A stretch of DNA of 64,000 nt from Octopus sinensis. Lineage: Eukaryota. A program made the translations under genes and the position numbers. The stretch covers positions 113,398,001-113,462,000 of the forward strand of contig NC_042997.1 of the NCBI RefSeq assembly GCF_006345805.1, written 5' to 3'. Shown here piece by piece: positions 25,175-36,737 of the stretch; the first letter of the stretch is position 1, and each line of letters begins with the position of its first letter. The notes under the pieces are model-generated. The model was given only the letters and a program-made list of their open reading frames with translations, ran no database searches and was not told where the DNA came from.

Positions 25175-25957
25175 GATAAGACGAACAGAGAAAAAGTTGG
25201 CTGTGGATGACTAAAAGTGATTTAAAACCGGAAACGGAGGCTCTAATCTGTGCTGCCCAAGAGCAAGCACTAAGAACAAACTACATAAAATACAGAATAG
25301 ACAACACACCAGGAAGTGATAAGTGCAGAATTTGTGGACAAAATGGTGAAATTGTATGGCATATAACTAGCCAATGTATGCCACTAGCCCAGAAGGAATA
25401 TAAAAGATGCCACAACAATATAGCCAGGCTTGTCCATTGGACACTTTGCAACAAGTATGGACTTGACAGAGCAAAAAATTGGTACAAGGCATTGTCGAAA
25501 ATGGAACTGCAAAGATCCTACAGGATTTTATGATTCAGTGCGACCATGAGATAGAGAATAGGAAGCTAGATATGGTGTTAATTGAGAAAGAAAGCAAATG
25601 ATGCTGGATCATAGATATAGCATGCCCAGCTGACAACAAGGTATGTGACAAGGAAGAAAGAAAAGTCAGTAGATATGACAGGTTAGCTTGGGAAGTTAAG
25701 CAGTTGTGGTCGATGAAAAAGATGGTTGTAGTACCAATAATTGTTGGAGCCCTGGGAACAGTGAGCAAAAATCTCAAGAAGTACATGGAACAAATAGGGG
25801 GTGCAATAAGGGTGGAGCACTTGCAGAAAACAGCACTGCTTGGAACCGCTTGAATAATCCGGAAGGCACTCAAAAAATAAGAGGTGTTACCTTAGATCAC
25901 TGGTAGTGAACAGCTGACAGCATAGTACATCTCCAGTGTTAGAAGCTGTGCAAAGGC
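25175..25957 (+). mobile_element. R4/Dong-like 3' fragment (subfamily A) with CCHC knuckle
   Basis: LKPETEALICAAQEQALRTNY...KCRICGQNGEIVWHITSQC...EYKRCHN; ends at (TAA)n. Confidence 0.9.
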
Positions 25958-26235
25958 AATAATAATAATAATAATAATAATAATCCATTCAACTAAAGCA
26001 CAAGGCTTGAAGTTTTGTGGGCAGGTGGGTCTGGTCAATTACATTGATCCCAGTACTTGAGTGGTATGTATTTTATTGGCCCTGAAACGATCAAAGGCAA
26101 AATCACCTTCAGTGAAATTTGAACTCAGGACATAAAGACAGTTGAAATGTTGCTAAGCAATTTGTCTAGTACACTAAGGATTCCGTCAGCTCACTGCCAT
26201 TATAATGATGATAGTAATAATGATAATAACAATGA

Positions 26236-26550
26236 TATAAGGACCTGGAAATTGAAATACAAAAGATGTGGCATTTTAAAGCAAGAACATTTCCTGTTAT
26301 TGTGGGTGCCCTAGTTATGATAAGAAAGGGATGTCAGAAACATCTAGAGAAATCCAAAAAGATTGTGCTGACAAATACTGCCCACATTTAAAAAAAAAAC
26401 CCACTGATTTAAATGTTTGTGTTGTATTACCTTAAGATATTCTCCTCCTCAAACTGTCAGTCATGCTGTAACATCTCTTATCCTTCACTTTCCTTAGGAT
26501 GCTGGGTGTGTCTCAGCAAGTGATTGTAACAAACATGCAGATTAAAAGTA

Positions 26551-26552
<2 letters not shown>
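26236..26552 (+). mobile_element. R4/Dong-like 3' fragment (subfamily D)
   Basis: YKDLEIEIQKMWHFKARTFPVIVGAL; distinct UTR; ends at (TAA)n. Confidence 0.8.
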
Positions 26553-26581
<29 letters not shown>

Positions 26582-27699
26582 GCCATGATGCAGTACCAGG
26601 CAGTAGTTCTCATGGCTTCTGATCTTAACTGACTGGAAGTGTTATCATGTACATTGTTTTACCTTGGTATAATAGATGGGCTACAGTAAATATTCTGCTC
26701 AGTACCACAGATTTGCTTGTCGGTTGTTTGACTTTAACCAGTTGAGCATGTCCCTTGGTGGTTGACGATATGTGCATCTCTGATCACGAGCAGAAGTAGT
26801 GAGGGAGCATCATAGCCATGACTCTGTAGTTGAGAGAAAGGCCTATTATTGTTATTCTCCTGAATGTTTTTTTGTGATTCTGTTCATTAGTTTGCTGTGT
26901 AAGCAGCTGTTTCATTTTTTAGCTCAGTAGCCCAGGTCTGAGACGGTTACTATTCTATATAACCTTGTTATGTTAGTCTCAATGTGTGTACAAGTATTAC
27001 ATTTTTGACAAGCACAACTATGGACTGAAACCAAAGACATAAATTATTTTATATAATGAAGATCTGTGAATTTATTCATCAAAACAAGAATTAGGACATT
27101 TTTTCTGGCAGTTATTTAAAACAATGCTAGACACATTCCAGTCTTATTAAAAACTCATCAACAAAACATAGACTTCACCAATGTGAGAAGCACTTGCTGT
27201 AGGAGTAGGTGTGATGAGAGAATCATTAAGTAAATGGTAAATATATATGCTTGTACATTAACTGGAATACAATATCGGCAGATTTTAAAGAAAAAAAAAT
27301 TCTCAAAGAATGAATTTCTCATGCAGCATTATCAACATCATCATTATTTAATGACCATGTTCTATATTGGGATGGGATGGATGGTTCAATCAGCTCTTAC
27401 AAGTCAGAGCACTTCGTTGAACTTCAGTGTCTACTTTGACATGGTTTCTCTGGTGGATACCTTTTCTAACACCAACCACTTTACATTGTGTATTGGGTGC
27501 TTTTTCCATGACAGCAGCACTGTTCAAGTGACCCAGTAACTCACAAGACAAGACCTTTTGACTGAGAGGTGGTGGTGGTGGGTTATTGAGAGAGGTGGAG
27601 TTTTTTTGCCAGAGTAAGGTATTTGGTTCATAAGATGATTGTTGGGAATAAAGACTTATATGTGATACACTGGTGGAAAAAGAAAAGCAGGAAAGAGGA

Positions 27700-28700
27700 C
27701 ATTTTATTCTGCAATTCATTTCTATTCCTTCAACAACTAGAAATTGTATATTTGAAATGATAGAATCCATTTTTAATGAAGACAAGTTAAGCTGTATTAA
27801 GCATTTTAGCAGAGATACTGAGCTATGATTAGAGTTAGTAGAGGTTTGCGGTAAAGTAAGGGAGATAATTCTCACATTAAAGAGTTCTACTACTTTTCTT
27901 CACAGAGAAAATCTTGTTTCAGAAAATAGATAATCATTGGAATTCGATATCACTACAAATGACATTGCTCAGATTGCGAACTTTATGAAGTCAAAATCTC
28001 TCAATAATAGATTCTTCAGTAATTTTTGTTCTTTAATCAGATTTGAAATCGAACATTTACAATATCATTACATGATCAGATAACAATTTGATCTTCAGGA
28101 AAGTTCTGTTGTGAACTATGTCACAATGAAGTGAAGTAGACATTTTTTTTTACCATATGAAAAAACAACAAAAATAATCATTCTTCAGCACCAATATTTT
28201 CAGATTCTAAGTGGGTGCTTCAATTAGCTTTTCTTTCCAATATTTTTTTCCAACTTGGATGACTTAGTTATCTTTCTTCAACACTCCGATCATACAATTA
28301 TTGGTTTAATGGACAAAATAAAAGAATGTCAAGAAAAACTATTTTGTGGAATAGGAAAATTGAGCAAAAGAATTAAAAAAAAAGTTCCATTTTTTTCCCC
28401 CCAGAATTCACTCTACTAAGAGAAAATTACGATAATAAATTTAATGGCGTACAAAATATTATCTTGGAACCATGTAAGAAAATTGATAACGGAATTCAAT
28501 TATTACATTCCAACAGGGGAGACTGAGGAATACAACTGGATGAGAATTGCATTAAGTGTCAACGATAATGATTTGCTCGAAGATTTCGTGAAACATTAAT
28601 AAATTTTGAGAATTGTTTAGTGAAATTTAAAAATGATCGGATACTTGTAATTTCAATAAAAAGTCAAATCTATTAATGCATTCTGGAAAGAAAAGAAAAA
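27700..28700 (+). pseudogene. hAT (Buster/Charlie-like) transposase remnant
   Basis: KSKSLNNRFFSNFC and KWVLQLAFLSNIF..LDDL.IFLQ fit IK...LN.R.F..LC and W...LAYL.DIF..LN.LN..LQ; many stops and frameshifts. Confidence 0.6.
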
Positions 28701-28744
28701 CAATTGTTCAAAATGAAGCATTGCTACTATACATATAAGTATAA

Positions 28745-29556
28745 AATATTATTCAATAAGCACAATATATGTTTTCATCTGTTACTTTTAGTTTCATGTG
28801 CTGAAAGCATGCCAGACAGTATTTTTTAACATGTCTGGTGTCCTAGCACAACCATCAAGCACTGCCCACATAGCATAATGAACCAAAAATGGGATGATAG
28901 GATGTGAGAAAAAGTGAGAAAAGGTGAGAAAGAAGCAGATATATAACACACTGCTGAATTCTAGATCCAAAATTTTCAGTGGTTGTAAGCATATGGTTAA
29001 GGTCTTGTTGATGAATTGGAAAATGCCACCCTCTCTGAATTGGACAACTATACCACAAACTCTAAGCCACTATCCTTTCAGCCTTATATTTTATGGTTTA
29101 AGGGGAAATAACTTCACCCCACCCCCATTTGCTTCTTTCTGTTTTCTTTTTCTTTTATATCTACTTCTTTCTCACCCTTTTTCACTTTTTCTGTCATCCT
29201 ATCATCCCATTTTTAGTTCATTATGCCATGTGGGCAGTGCCTGATGATTGTGATAGGACACCAGACATGGTAAAAAATACTGTCTGACATGCTCTCAGCA
29301 CATGAAACTAATAATAGCACATAAAACTGTATATTGTGTTTATTAAATAATATTATATATTTAATAAACATAATATGTTTTTATGTGCTACTATTAGTTT
29401 CATGTGCTGAGAACAAGCCAAACACTACTTTAAAACATATTTGGTGTTCCAGTACAATCATCAGGCACTGCTCACATAGCATAACGAATTTGTTCACAGT
29501 ACATGAAACTAATAGCAGCACATAAAAATATATACTGTGTTTATTAAATAATATTT
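28745..29556. mobile_element. Two adjacent copies of one foldback/MITE family
   Basis: 28745-29354 has ~200-bp inverted arms; 29355-29556 is a shorter copy with the same termini. Confidence 0.8.
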
Positions 29557-29636
29557 ATTTCTCACCAGATGAAGTACTTTTTTTGTTGACCTTACCATCA
29601 TGGAGCAGTATACTATATATATATATAAATATATGG

Positions 29637-29890
29637 ATGTGGAGGCATGTGGCTTAGTGGTTAGGATGTCAGCATCATGATCATAAGATTATGGTTTCAA
29701 TTCCTGGACCGAGTGATGCGTTGTGTTCTTGAGCAAAACACTTCATTTTCACATTGCTCAAGTCCACTCAGTTGGCAAAAATGTGTAAAGCTGTGATGGA
29801 CTGGTGTCCCACCCAGCTGGGGAAAACATACACAATAGAAATCGGGAAACCAGGCCCATGAGCCTGGCTCGGCTTTGAAAGGGTGCATTT
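29637..29890 (+). mobile_element. S3 tRNA-derived SINE
   Basis: gtggaggcatgtggcttagtggttagg...ggtttcaattcc head; gtgatggactggtgtcccacccag central block. Confidence 0.8.
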
Positions 29891-30584
29891 ATTTATTTTT
29901 TTATTATATATATGAAAGTAAAAGAATTTATAAACACACACATACATACATAAAATATACATACATGCATATATGTATCATTATCAACATCATCATTTGA
30001 TGTCTATTTTCCAAGTTGGACCAATGGCATATATATATGTATATATATGTGCATTCTGTAAAGTAGTTGGCATTAGGGAGGGCATCCAGTTGTAGAAACC
30101 ATGCCAAAAACGGACAGCTGGATCCTGGTGCAGCCCTCCAGCTTGCCAGATTCTGTCAAACTGTCCAACCCATGTCACTATCGAAAATGCATTAAATTAT
30201 GATGATGATGCTATATGTGTATATATGTGTGTGTGTATGTATTTGTGTGTATGTGTGTGTGTGTAGTAAAGACTGAAGGATTATGTTCGTTCGATACTTT
30301 GAACATAATTTCTCCTTGTTTATTTCTAATAATAATAAACTCCTGGATTAATACACTAAAATACTAATTGGTAATAAACTTCAGATTTACAGTTTGCACC
30401 TGGCACATGGGATTTAACAATCTGTCTGGATTATTATAATCTTGATTGGACATCCTGTTAACCTGGTTTTGTTTACACAGAGTACATTCAGAGGCATTTG
30501 CCTGGATTTACTTAATCCCTCTTTCCTTACTTATATATATATATATACATATACATATACAAATATATCAAAATCAAATTCGAT

Positions 30585-31098
30585 GACTGGCATTCGTGCT
30601 AGCGGGGTGCAAAGAGCACCATACGAGTGTGATTGTTGACAGAGTGGCTAACTGGCTTCCATGCCAGTGGCACATAAAAGGCACCATTTGAGTATGACCG
30701 TTACCAGCATCAGTTGTGCCCGTGCTAGTAGGGTGCCAAAGAGCACCATCTGAGCGTGATCATTGCCAGAGTGGTTAACTGGCTTCCGTGCCGATGGCAT
30801 GTAAAAGGCACCATTTGAGCATGATCGTTACCAGCGTCGCCTTATTGGCACCTGTACCAGTGGCATGTCTAAAAAGATTCAAGTGAGGTCGTTTCCAGTA
30901 CCGCCTGACTGGCTCCCGTGCCAGTGGCACATAAAAGCATCCACTACACTCTCAGAATGGTTGGCGTTAGGAAGGGCATCCAGCTGTAGAAACTCTGCCA
31001 GATTAAGATTGGAGCCTGGTGCAGCCATCTGGTTCACCAGCCCTCAGTCAAATCATCCAACCCATGCTAGCATGGAAAGCGGACGTTAAACGATGATG
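30585..31098 (+). mobile_element. RTE 3' UTR with expanded tandem units
   Basis: Repeated gagcaccat...gtgatcgttgccagagtggctaactggcttcc units followed by the standard tail. Confidence 0.85.
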
Positions 31099-31204
31099 AT
31101 ATATGTATATATACATATAGTGAGAATTTACAAAAAAAAAACACAAAGGCAGGTGTGTAAACAACAAACAGATGTATTAGTTCAACGGTCAGGAAGTGAG
31201 AAAG

Positions 31205-31242
31205 TCTTTTACATTTCGAGCCTATGCTCTTCGACAGAAAGA
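31205..31242 (-). ncRNA. Minimal hammerhead-like motif with variant core
   Basis: TCTTT-CTGTCGA-A-GAGC-atag-GCTC-GAAA-TGT-A-AAAGA; stems I and II are perfect, core A6 is U. Confidence 0.5.
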
Positions 31243-31802
31243 AACACAGAAATAAACAGTGAGAGAAAAAAAAATATATATATGAGGAACAGTTTTTCTC
31301 TGAATATATGACTGCATTCAAGTTTTTTTTTTATTATTTTAGATTTTTTGCATTTTCTTATTAGTTTTCTTACAATTGGTTTGGAACATTAAAGTTGCTA
31401 ATTTCATATTTGACATTTCCAGATCTTCACATTCGCATTTTCAAGAAATGAATACATTTTGCATCTGTATTGTTTCTTATATTCTGATTGAATTCATTTA
31501 GACTTCCCTGGCAAAGGATTTTTTTGACCATTAGCTCCATATATCAGCAGTCATGTGTTGATTTGTTTGTTGTGGTCAAAATTTTTATCATTATATTTTT
31601 ATGTTAGTAACCACAAGTTAAATTTTTTAAGCATATATTTTTGGTTTCTTGATTTTTGCATTGTGATATGGATAAGGTTCCCCTAATTAGTCTTCTGTTC
31701 TTGTGAAGAATTTCATAAGATAAATTCAACCAAAACGACACAGGCATAAAATATATTCAATTCTTGAAAATGAGACTATGATTATCTAGAAACATTGAAT
31801 AT

Positions 31803-32207
31803 AGGCGTAGGAGTGGCTGTGTGGTAAGTAGCTTGCTTACCAACCACATAGTTCCAGGTTCAGTCCCACTGTGTGGCACCTTGGGCAAGTGTCTTCTACT
31901 ATAGCCTCGGCCTGACCAAAGCCTTGTGAGTGGATTTGGTAGATGGAAACTGAAAGAAGCCCGTTGTATATATGTATATATATGTGTGTGTGTCAGTGTT
32001 TGTCCACCCCACCCCACCCCAACATTGCTTGACAACCGCTGCTGGTGTGTCTATGTCCCCGTAACTTAGCAGTTTGGCAAAAGAGACCGATAGAATAAGT
32101 ACTAAGCTGACAAAGAATAAGTCCTGGGGTCGATTTACTCAACTAAAGGTGGTGCTCCAGCATGGCCACAGTCACATGACTGAAACAAGTAAAAGAGTAA
32201 AGAGAGT
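31803..32207 (+). mobile_element. S1 SINE, full length
   Basis: Matches 6044-6443 along its length. Confidence 0.9.
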
Positions 32208-32542
32208 ATTAATTTAGGAACTTTATTGCTTCAAACCAACTGTAAAAATCTAATAAGAAAAAATGAAAAATCTAAAATAAAAAGGATAACTCAAATACAG
32301 TCATGTATTTGATGGAACAGAAAACATGTAGATACAATGTAGTAAGGTTGATAAAAAGAATTCAGTGAACTGCCGTGAGGTGTGTAAGTGTAAAATCCAA
32401 CATTTCAGACAGTGTCCTTCTTCGGGAAAATGTTGAAAGGAAAGAAATAACTGAGAAATGGCAGGTTCACTGTAGTTTTTTATTGATTTTACTATACCAT
32501 AAAAGTCTTCCCAATGCCAGCCTCTTTGGAGTCTGTTTCATC

Positions 32543-32570
<28 letters not shown>

Positions 32571-32574
<4 letters not shown>

Positions 32575-32764
32575 GTTATTTAGAGATAGAAGTCTCCATG
32601 CAATTCATCAAATCCTAATATACATCACACCATATAATAGAAGAATTCTATTTTAATACTTACTAAATTTAGAATTTAGAAATGATTAGTAAGTATTAAA
32701 ACAAAATTCTATTATTAGGATTTGATGAATTGCATGGGGACTTCTATCTCTAAATAACATATAT
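32571..32764. mobile_element. Foldback MITE-like element next to (TA)n
   Basis: ~50-bp TIR atatgttatttagagatagaagtc...; interior also palindromic. Confidence 0.85.
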
Positions 32765-33399
32765 TTCCTCATTGAGAATAATTAATTTTATTTGAATCCC
32801 TGTAACGCTGGAAATTGAATCCCTGTAACGCCGGAAATTTTATAGGTTGACTATACTTTTTAAAAGTATTCTATAATTCTGCAACTTTCTTCTTGCAATA
32901 ATCAACATAATTCTATTGAAGTAAGTCAAGTTTTTATTTTTTGTTAAAAAAGGACCAGTTGAGCACTTTGAAAACTAGCTGACTTTGTGCTAAAATTTGA
33001 AACCACCACAGCATGTAATCCAGAATGTGCCCCTTTCGGATACTTGTGGGGATTAGCTAAATTTATCCAAAATTTTTATGCAGATTACAAAAGAAGGTGA
33101 AATCATATGTAAGGAAATTACATTGGATCTTGGTATGAAGGCCTAGTGATTGGGTGTGCTGCACTTACGATCATATCATGGTTTCAATTCCCAGGCTGGC
33201 TGTTCTGTGTGTTCTTGAGCAAAACACTTCATTTCATGTTGCTCCAGTTCACTCAGTTGTAAATGGCCCACCCTGTGACAGAATGGTCTTCTGATCAGGG
33301 GAAATGTTGACCTGCTTGCCCGGCCAACAGGGTGGCATCATTCAAAAACTAAAACAATGCAAAGTGCATTGTGACCATTGATGTATAACATCTGATAGT

Positions 33400-33600
33400 C
33401 CCAGCAATTTCCCAGCATGCCTTCATGCTTGCATGAAATTGGTCCCAGTGACGGAGTTGATTATGCTCAAATCTTTGAACCAAGGAGAAGCAGGATTGGC
33501 ACCAGGTTCTACATTCTGATGCTATGTTTTTCCAGGAAGAAAAGGGAATGTTGCACATTTCAGATTGTCTTTGAAGTGCAAGAGTGGCCTTCCTGTATGT
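33400..33600 (-). mobile_element. RTE ORF2 C-terminal remnant
   Basis: CNIPFSSWKNIASECRTW...VQRFEHNQ fits C.I....W...A.DR..WR.....FE. Confidence 0.55.
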
Positions 33601-33712
33601 ATATATATATGACCATGGGGAAATATTACCTTGCTTGGAAACAAATGAGGAAACAAATAGAAATATTTGCCTGAACAAATTCTGGCTGACTTGTGCAAGC
33701 ATAGAAAATCAT

Positions 33713-34160
33713 CATCATCATCATCATTTAACGTCCATTTTCCGTGCTCGCACAGGTTGGATGGTTCGACTGGGGTCTGGGAAGCCAGGAGGCTGCACCA
33801 AGCTCCGGTCTGATCTGGCAGAGTTTCTACAGCTGGATGCCCTTCCTAAAGCCAACCACTCTGTGAGTGTAGTGGGTGCTTTTTACGTGCCACCGGCACA
33901 GAAGTTGCTCAAGGCAGTGCTGGCATCGGCCACATTCGGACAGTGCTTTTTACTTGCCACCAGCACAGGTATCACAACTACAATCTCCATTTGATTTTCA
34001 TTTTGATGTTGATGTACTTGACTTAATAGGTCTCCTCAAGCACAGTAGGTCATGTGCCACTGGCACAGAAGCCAGTCAAGGCGGCGCTGGCATCAGCCAC
34101 GTTCAGATGGTGCTTTTTACGTGCCACCTGCACAGGTATTGTAACTACAATTTCCATCTG
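33713..34160 (-). mobile_element. RTE 3' UTR, duplicated internal block
   Basis: Standard tail in reverse; caggtat..caactacaatttccatttgat block occurs twice. Confidence 0.8.
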
Positions 34161-34384
34161 ATATTTATTTTGATATTGATGTCAAATGGAAAGTGGATGT
34201 TAAATGACGATGATTTAAAGAATTTTGTTTTGAGGCATTTGAAACACGAAGCAAACACTATAATCAAATGTGTGTTGATCTACAGATTGTACATATGGAA
34301 GGACTAGACCCATGACATTTACGGGCCTTCCCATTCTGGTGAGATTGATGTGGTCAATATTTAACTAATATATGAATAAGTTAA

Positions 34385-35030
34385 TTGATCTGTTATCTTT
34401 CATTTTTTACTTGTTTCAGTCATTAGATTGCGGCCATGCTGGAGCATCACCTTGAGGAATTTTAGTTGAACAAATCAACCCCGATCTGTACTTTTTTGTT
34501 GAATCTGATACTTATTCTATCAGTCTCTTTGCTGAACTGCTAAGTTATGGGAGCATAAACACATTAGCATTAGTTGTCAAGTGGTGGACAAGCAAAGACA
34601 CACACACATGCATGCACACACACACATGCATGCACACACACACACACACATATGATAGGCTTCTTTCAGTTTCTGTCTGCCAATTCTGCTGACAAGGCTT
34701 TGGTTGGCCCAAGGCTATATTAAGGTGGTGAGCTGGCAGAATCATTAGCACGCCGGACGAAATGCTTAGCAATATTTCGTCTGCCTTTACATTCTGAGTT
34801 CAAATTCCACCGAGCTCGACTTTGCCTTTCATCCTTTCAGGGTCAATAAATTAAGTACCAGTTACACACTGGGGTTGATGTAATCGACTTAATCCCTTTG
34901 TCTGTCCTTGTTTGTCCCCTCTATGTTTAGCCCCTTGTGGGCAATAAAGGAATAAAGCTATATTAGGAGACACTTGCCTGAGGTGCCATGCAGTGGGACT
35001 GAACCCAGAATCATGTGGTTGGGGAGCAAA
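34385..35030 (-). mobile_element. S1 SINE with a nested S2 SINE (34722-34950, +)
   Basis: S1 head sequence is interrupted at ggcccaaggctata / ctatattaggagacacttgcc by a complete S2. Confidence 0.8.
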
Positions 35031-35169
35031 CTATCTGCTGGAAAATTGTAGAAGTTCTGGTCAGCATGGCTGCAACGAATATAATGCATTCTGCTGATTG
35101 TCCATAAGGGTCAGGTTGTGGGTTTATTGAACTGGACAGTGAACTACTCCAGAAAATACTTCTTATTTC

Positions 35170-35815
35170 CTTTGTCTTCCTTGCTGTCGTTGTTGTTGCT
35201 ACTGCACTTGTTGTTGTATCATCATCATCATCGTTATTGATATCATTTCCATCATACCTTGTTGACGTCATTATCATTATCATAATCACTAATTCTGCCA
35301 TCACTGCAACCATTGTGATTATCACTCTTCTGGTCAATACCATCACCACCACCATCATCATCATCATCATTGCCATGACTACCACCACCATCATCATCAT
35401 CATCATCACCATCACCATCATCATCATTGCCATCATCGTCATCATCATCACCATTGCCATCCTCCTCCTCATCATCATCATCACTGCTACTGCCACTACC
35501 TCCACTACTGCCCCCACCATCAAAGCTGTTGTCATTGTCATCATCACCATCATCATCATAATCTTCATCCTCATCACCATCACCACCACAACTACCTCTA
35601 CCATAATCATCACCATCATCATAATCACCACCATCAAAGCTGCTGTCATCACTGACATCATCATAATCTTCATCCTCATCACCATCACCACCACAACTAC
35701 CTCTACCATAATCATCACCATCATCATAATCACTACCATCAAAGCTGCTGTCATCACTGACATCATCATCACCATCATCATCATCATTAGCAATATAACC
35801 TCAGCAGCCATAGGT
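35170..35815. repeat. Degenerate (ATC/ACC)n tract with ~105-bp higher-order duplication
   Basis: catcaaagctg(c/t)tgtcat restarts at ~35519, 35632 and 35737. Confidence 0.9.
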
Positions 35816-36171
35816 CTTTATTGAAGTAGTTCTGTTAAGTATGACTTAGCTGGAACCAAAATTACTAACAACGATGTATTAATAATGTCAGTCCATCACA
35901 CACACACACACACGACACACATCACTGACCTTCTGCAGAAGAAAACGAAACTAAGTTCCAGATCTTTCTATCATGTTTCATTACTTACTACAATGGCTGT
36001 AGATTGCCGTTGTCATGGGAACTCATTTGAACTCATTTAAAATAATTAATTGCCCTGTCGGATGATATGAAAGTTGTATAGAAGAAAATCGCTGAGACGT
36101 TAAGGGAATAAATCTTTTACCGGTTTATTGTATACAGTTGATATTCACTCTGACCATTTTGCTTATTTCAG

Positions 36172-36194
36172 CTCCATACAAATTTACAGAATTT
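36172..36194 (+). CDS. Putative 23-nt micro-exon (xPYKFTEF in phase 1)
   Basis: cattttgcttatttcag acceptor and GTAAGT donor, both near consensus. Confidence 0.35.
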
Positions 36195-36374
36195 GTAAGT
36201 CATGTGATTAACAAGTTCATTTTAATAATGAACTTATTGTATACAGAGCTTGGGTGTGCTACAATTCATCAGAAAAAGTAACCAAAACTGCATGAATGAT
36301 GCATAGAATAATAATGCACAGGAAGTGAACAGTGAATGAGGCATAAAAAAAAGGGAAGAAGAAACAGGAGGTGA

Positions 36375-36737
36375 GGGACAGCAGGTGTACTGTTAGGGGA
36401 AGAAATAGGGATGAAGGACATCAGGTGTGCAGGGATGAAGGACATCGGGTGTACAGGGATGAAGGATATCAGGTGTATGGGGATGAAGGATATCAGGTGT
36501 ACAGAGATGGACATCCCTGCATCAAGTGTGCAGGGATGAAGCACATAAGGTGTACAGAGATGGACATCAGGTGTGCAGGTATGGAGGACATAAGGTGTAC
36601 AGAAATGGACATCAGGTGTGCAGGGATGAATGACATCAGGTATGCAGGTATGGAGGACATAAGGTGTACAGAAATGGTCATCAGGTGTGCAGAGATGAAG
36701 GACATCAGGTTTACAGGGATGAAGGACATCAGGTGTA
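36375..36737. repeat. Minisatellite of 24-nt and 21-nt units
   Basis: ggacatcaggtgtgcagggatgaa and ggacataaggtgtacagaaat, about 14 units. Confidence 0.9.

Noticed and set aside
33417-33674. 85-aa plus-strand ORF with a good internal acceptor and GTATGT donor
   Set aside because: The opposite strand matches an RTE C-terminal pattern, a simpler explanation
35011-35824. 266-aa Met/Val-rich and 195-aa Ile/Thr-rich ORFs
   Set aside because: Trinucleotide low-complexity sequence with no start/splice support
36375-36737. Regular short repeats resembling a CRISPR array
   Set aside because: No unique spacers, no cas genes, eukaryotic context; it is a minisatellite
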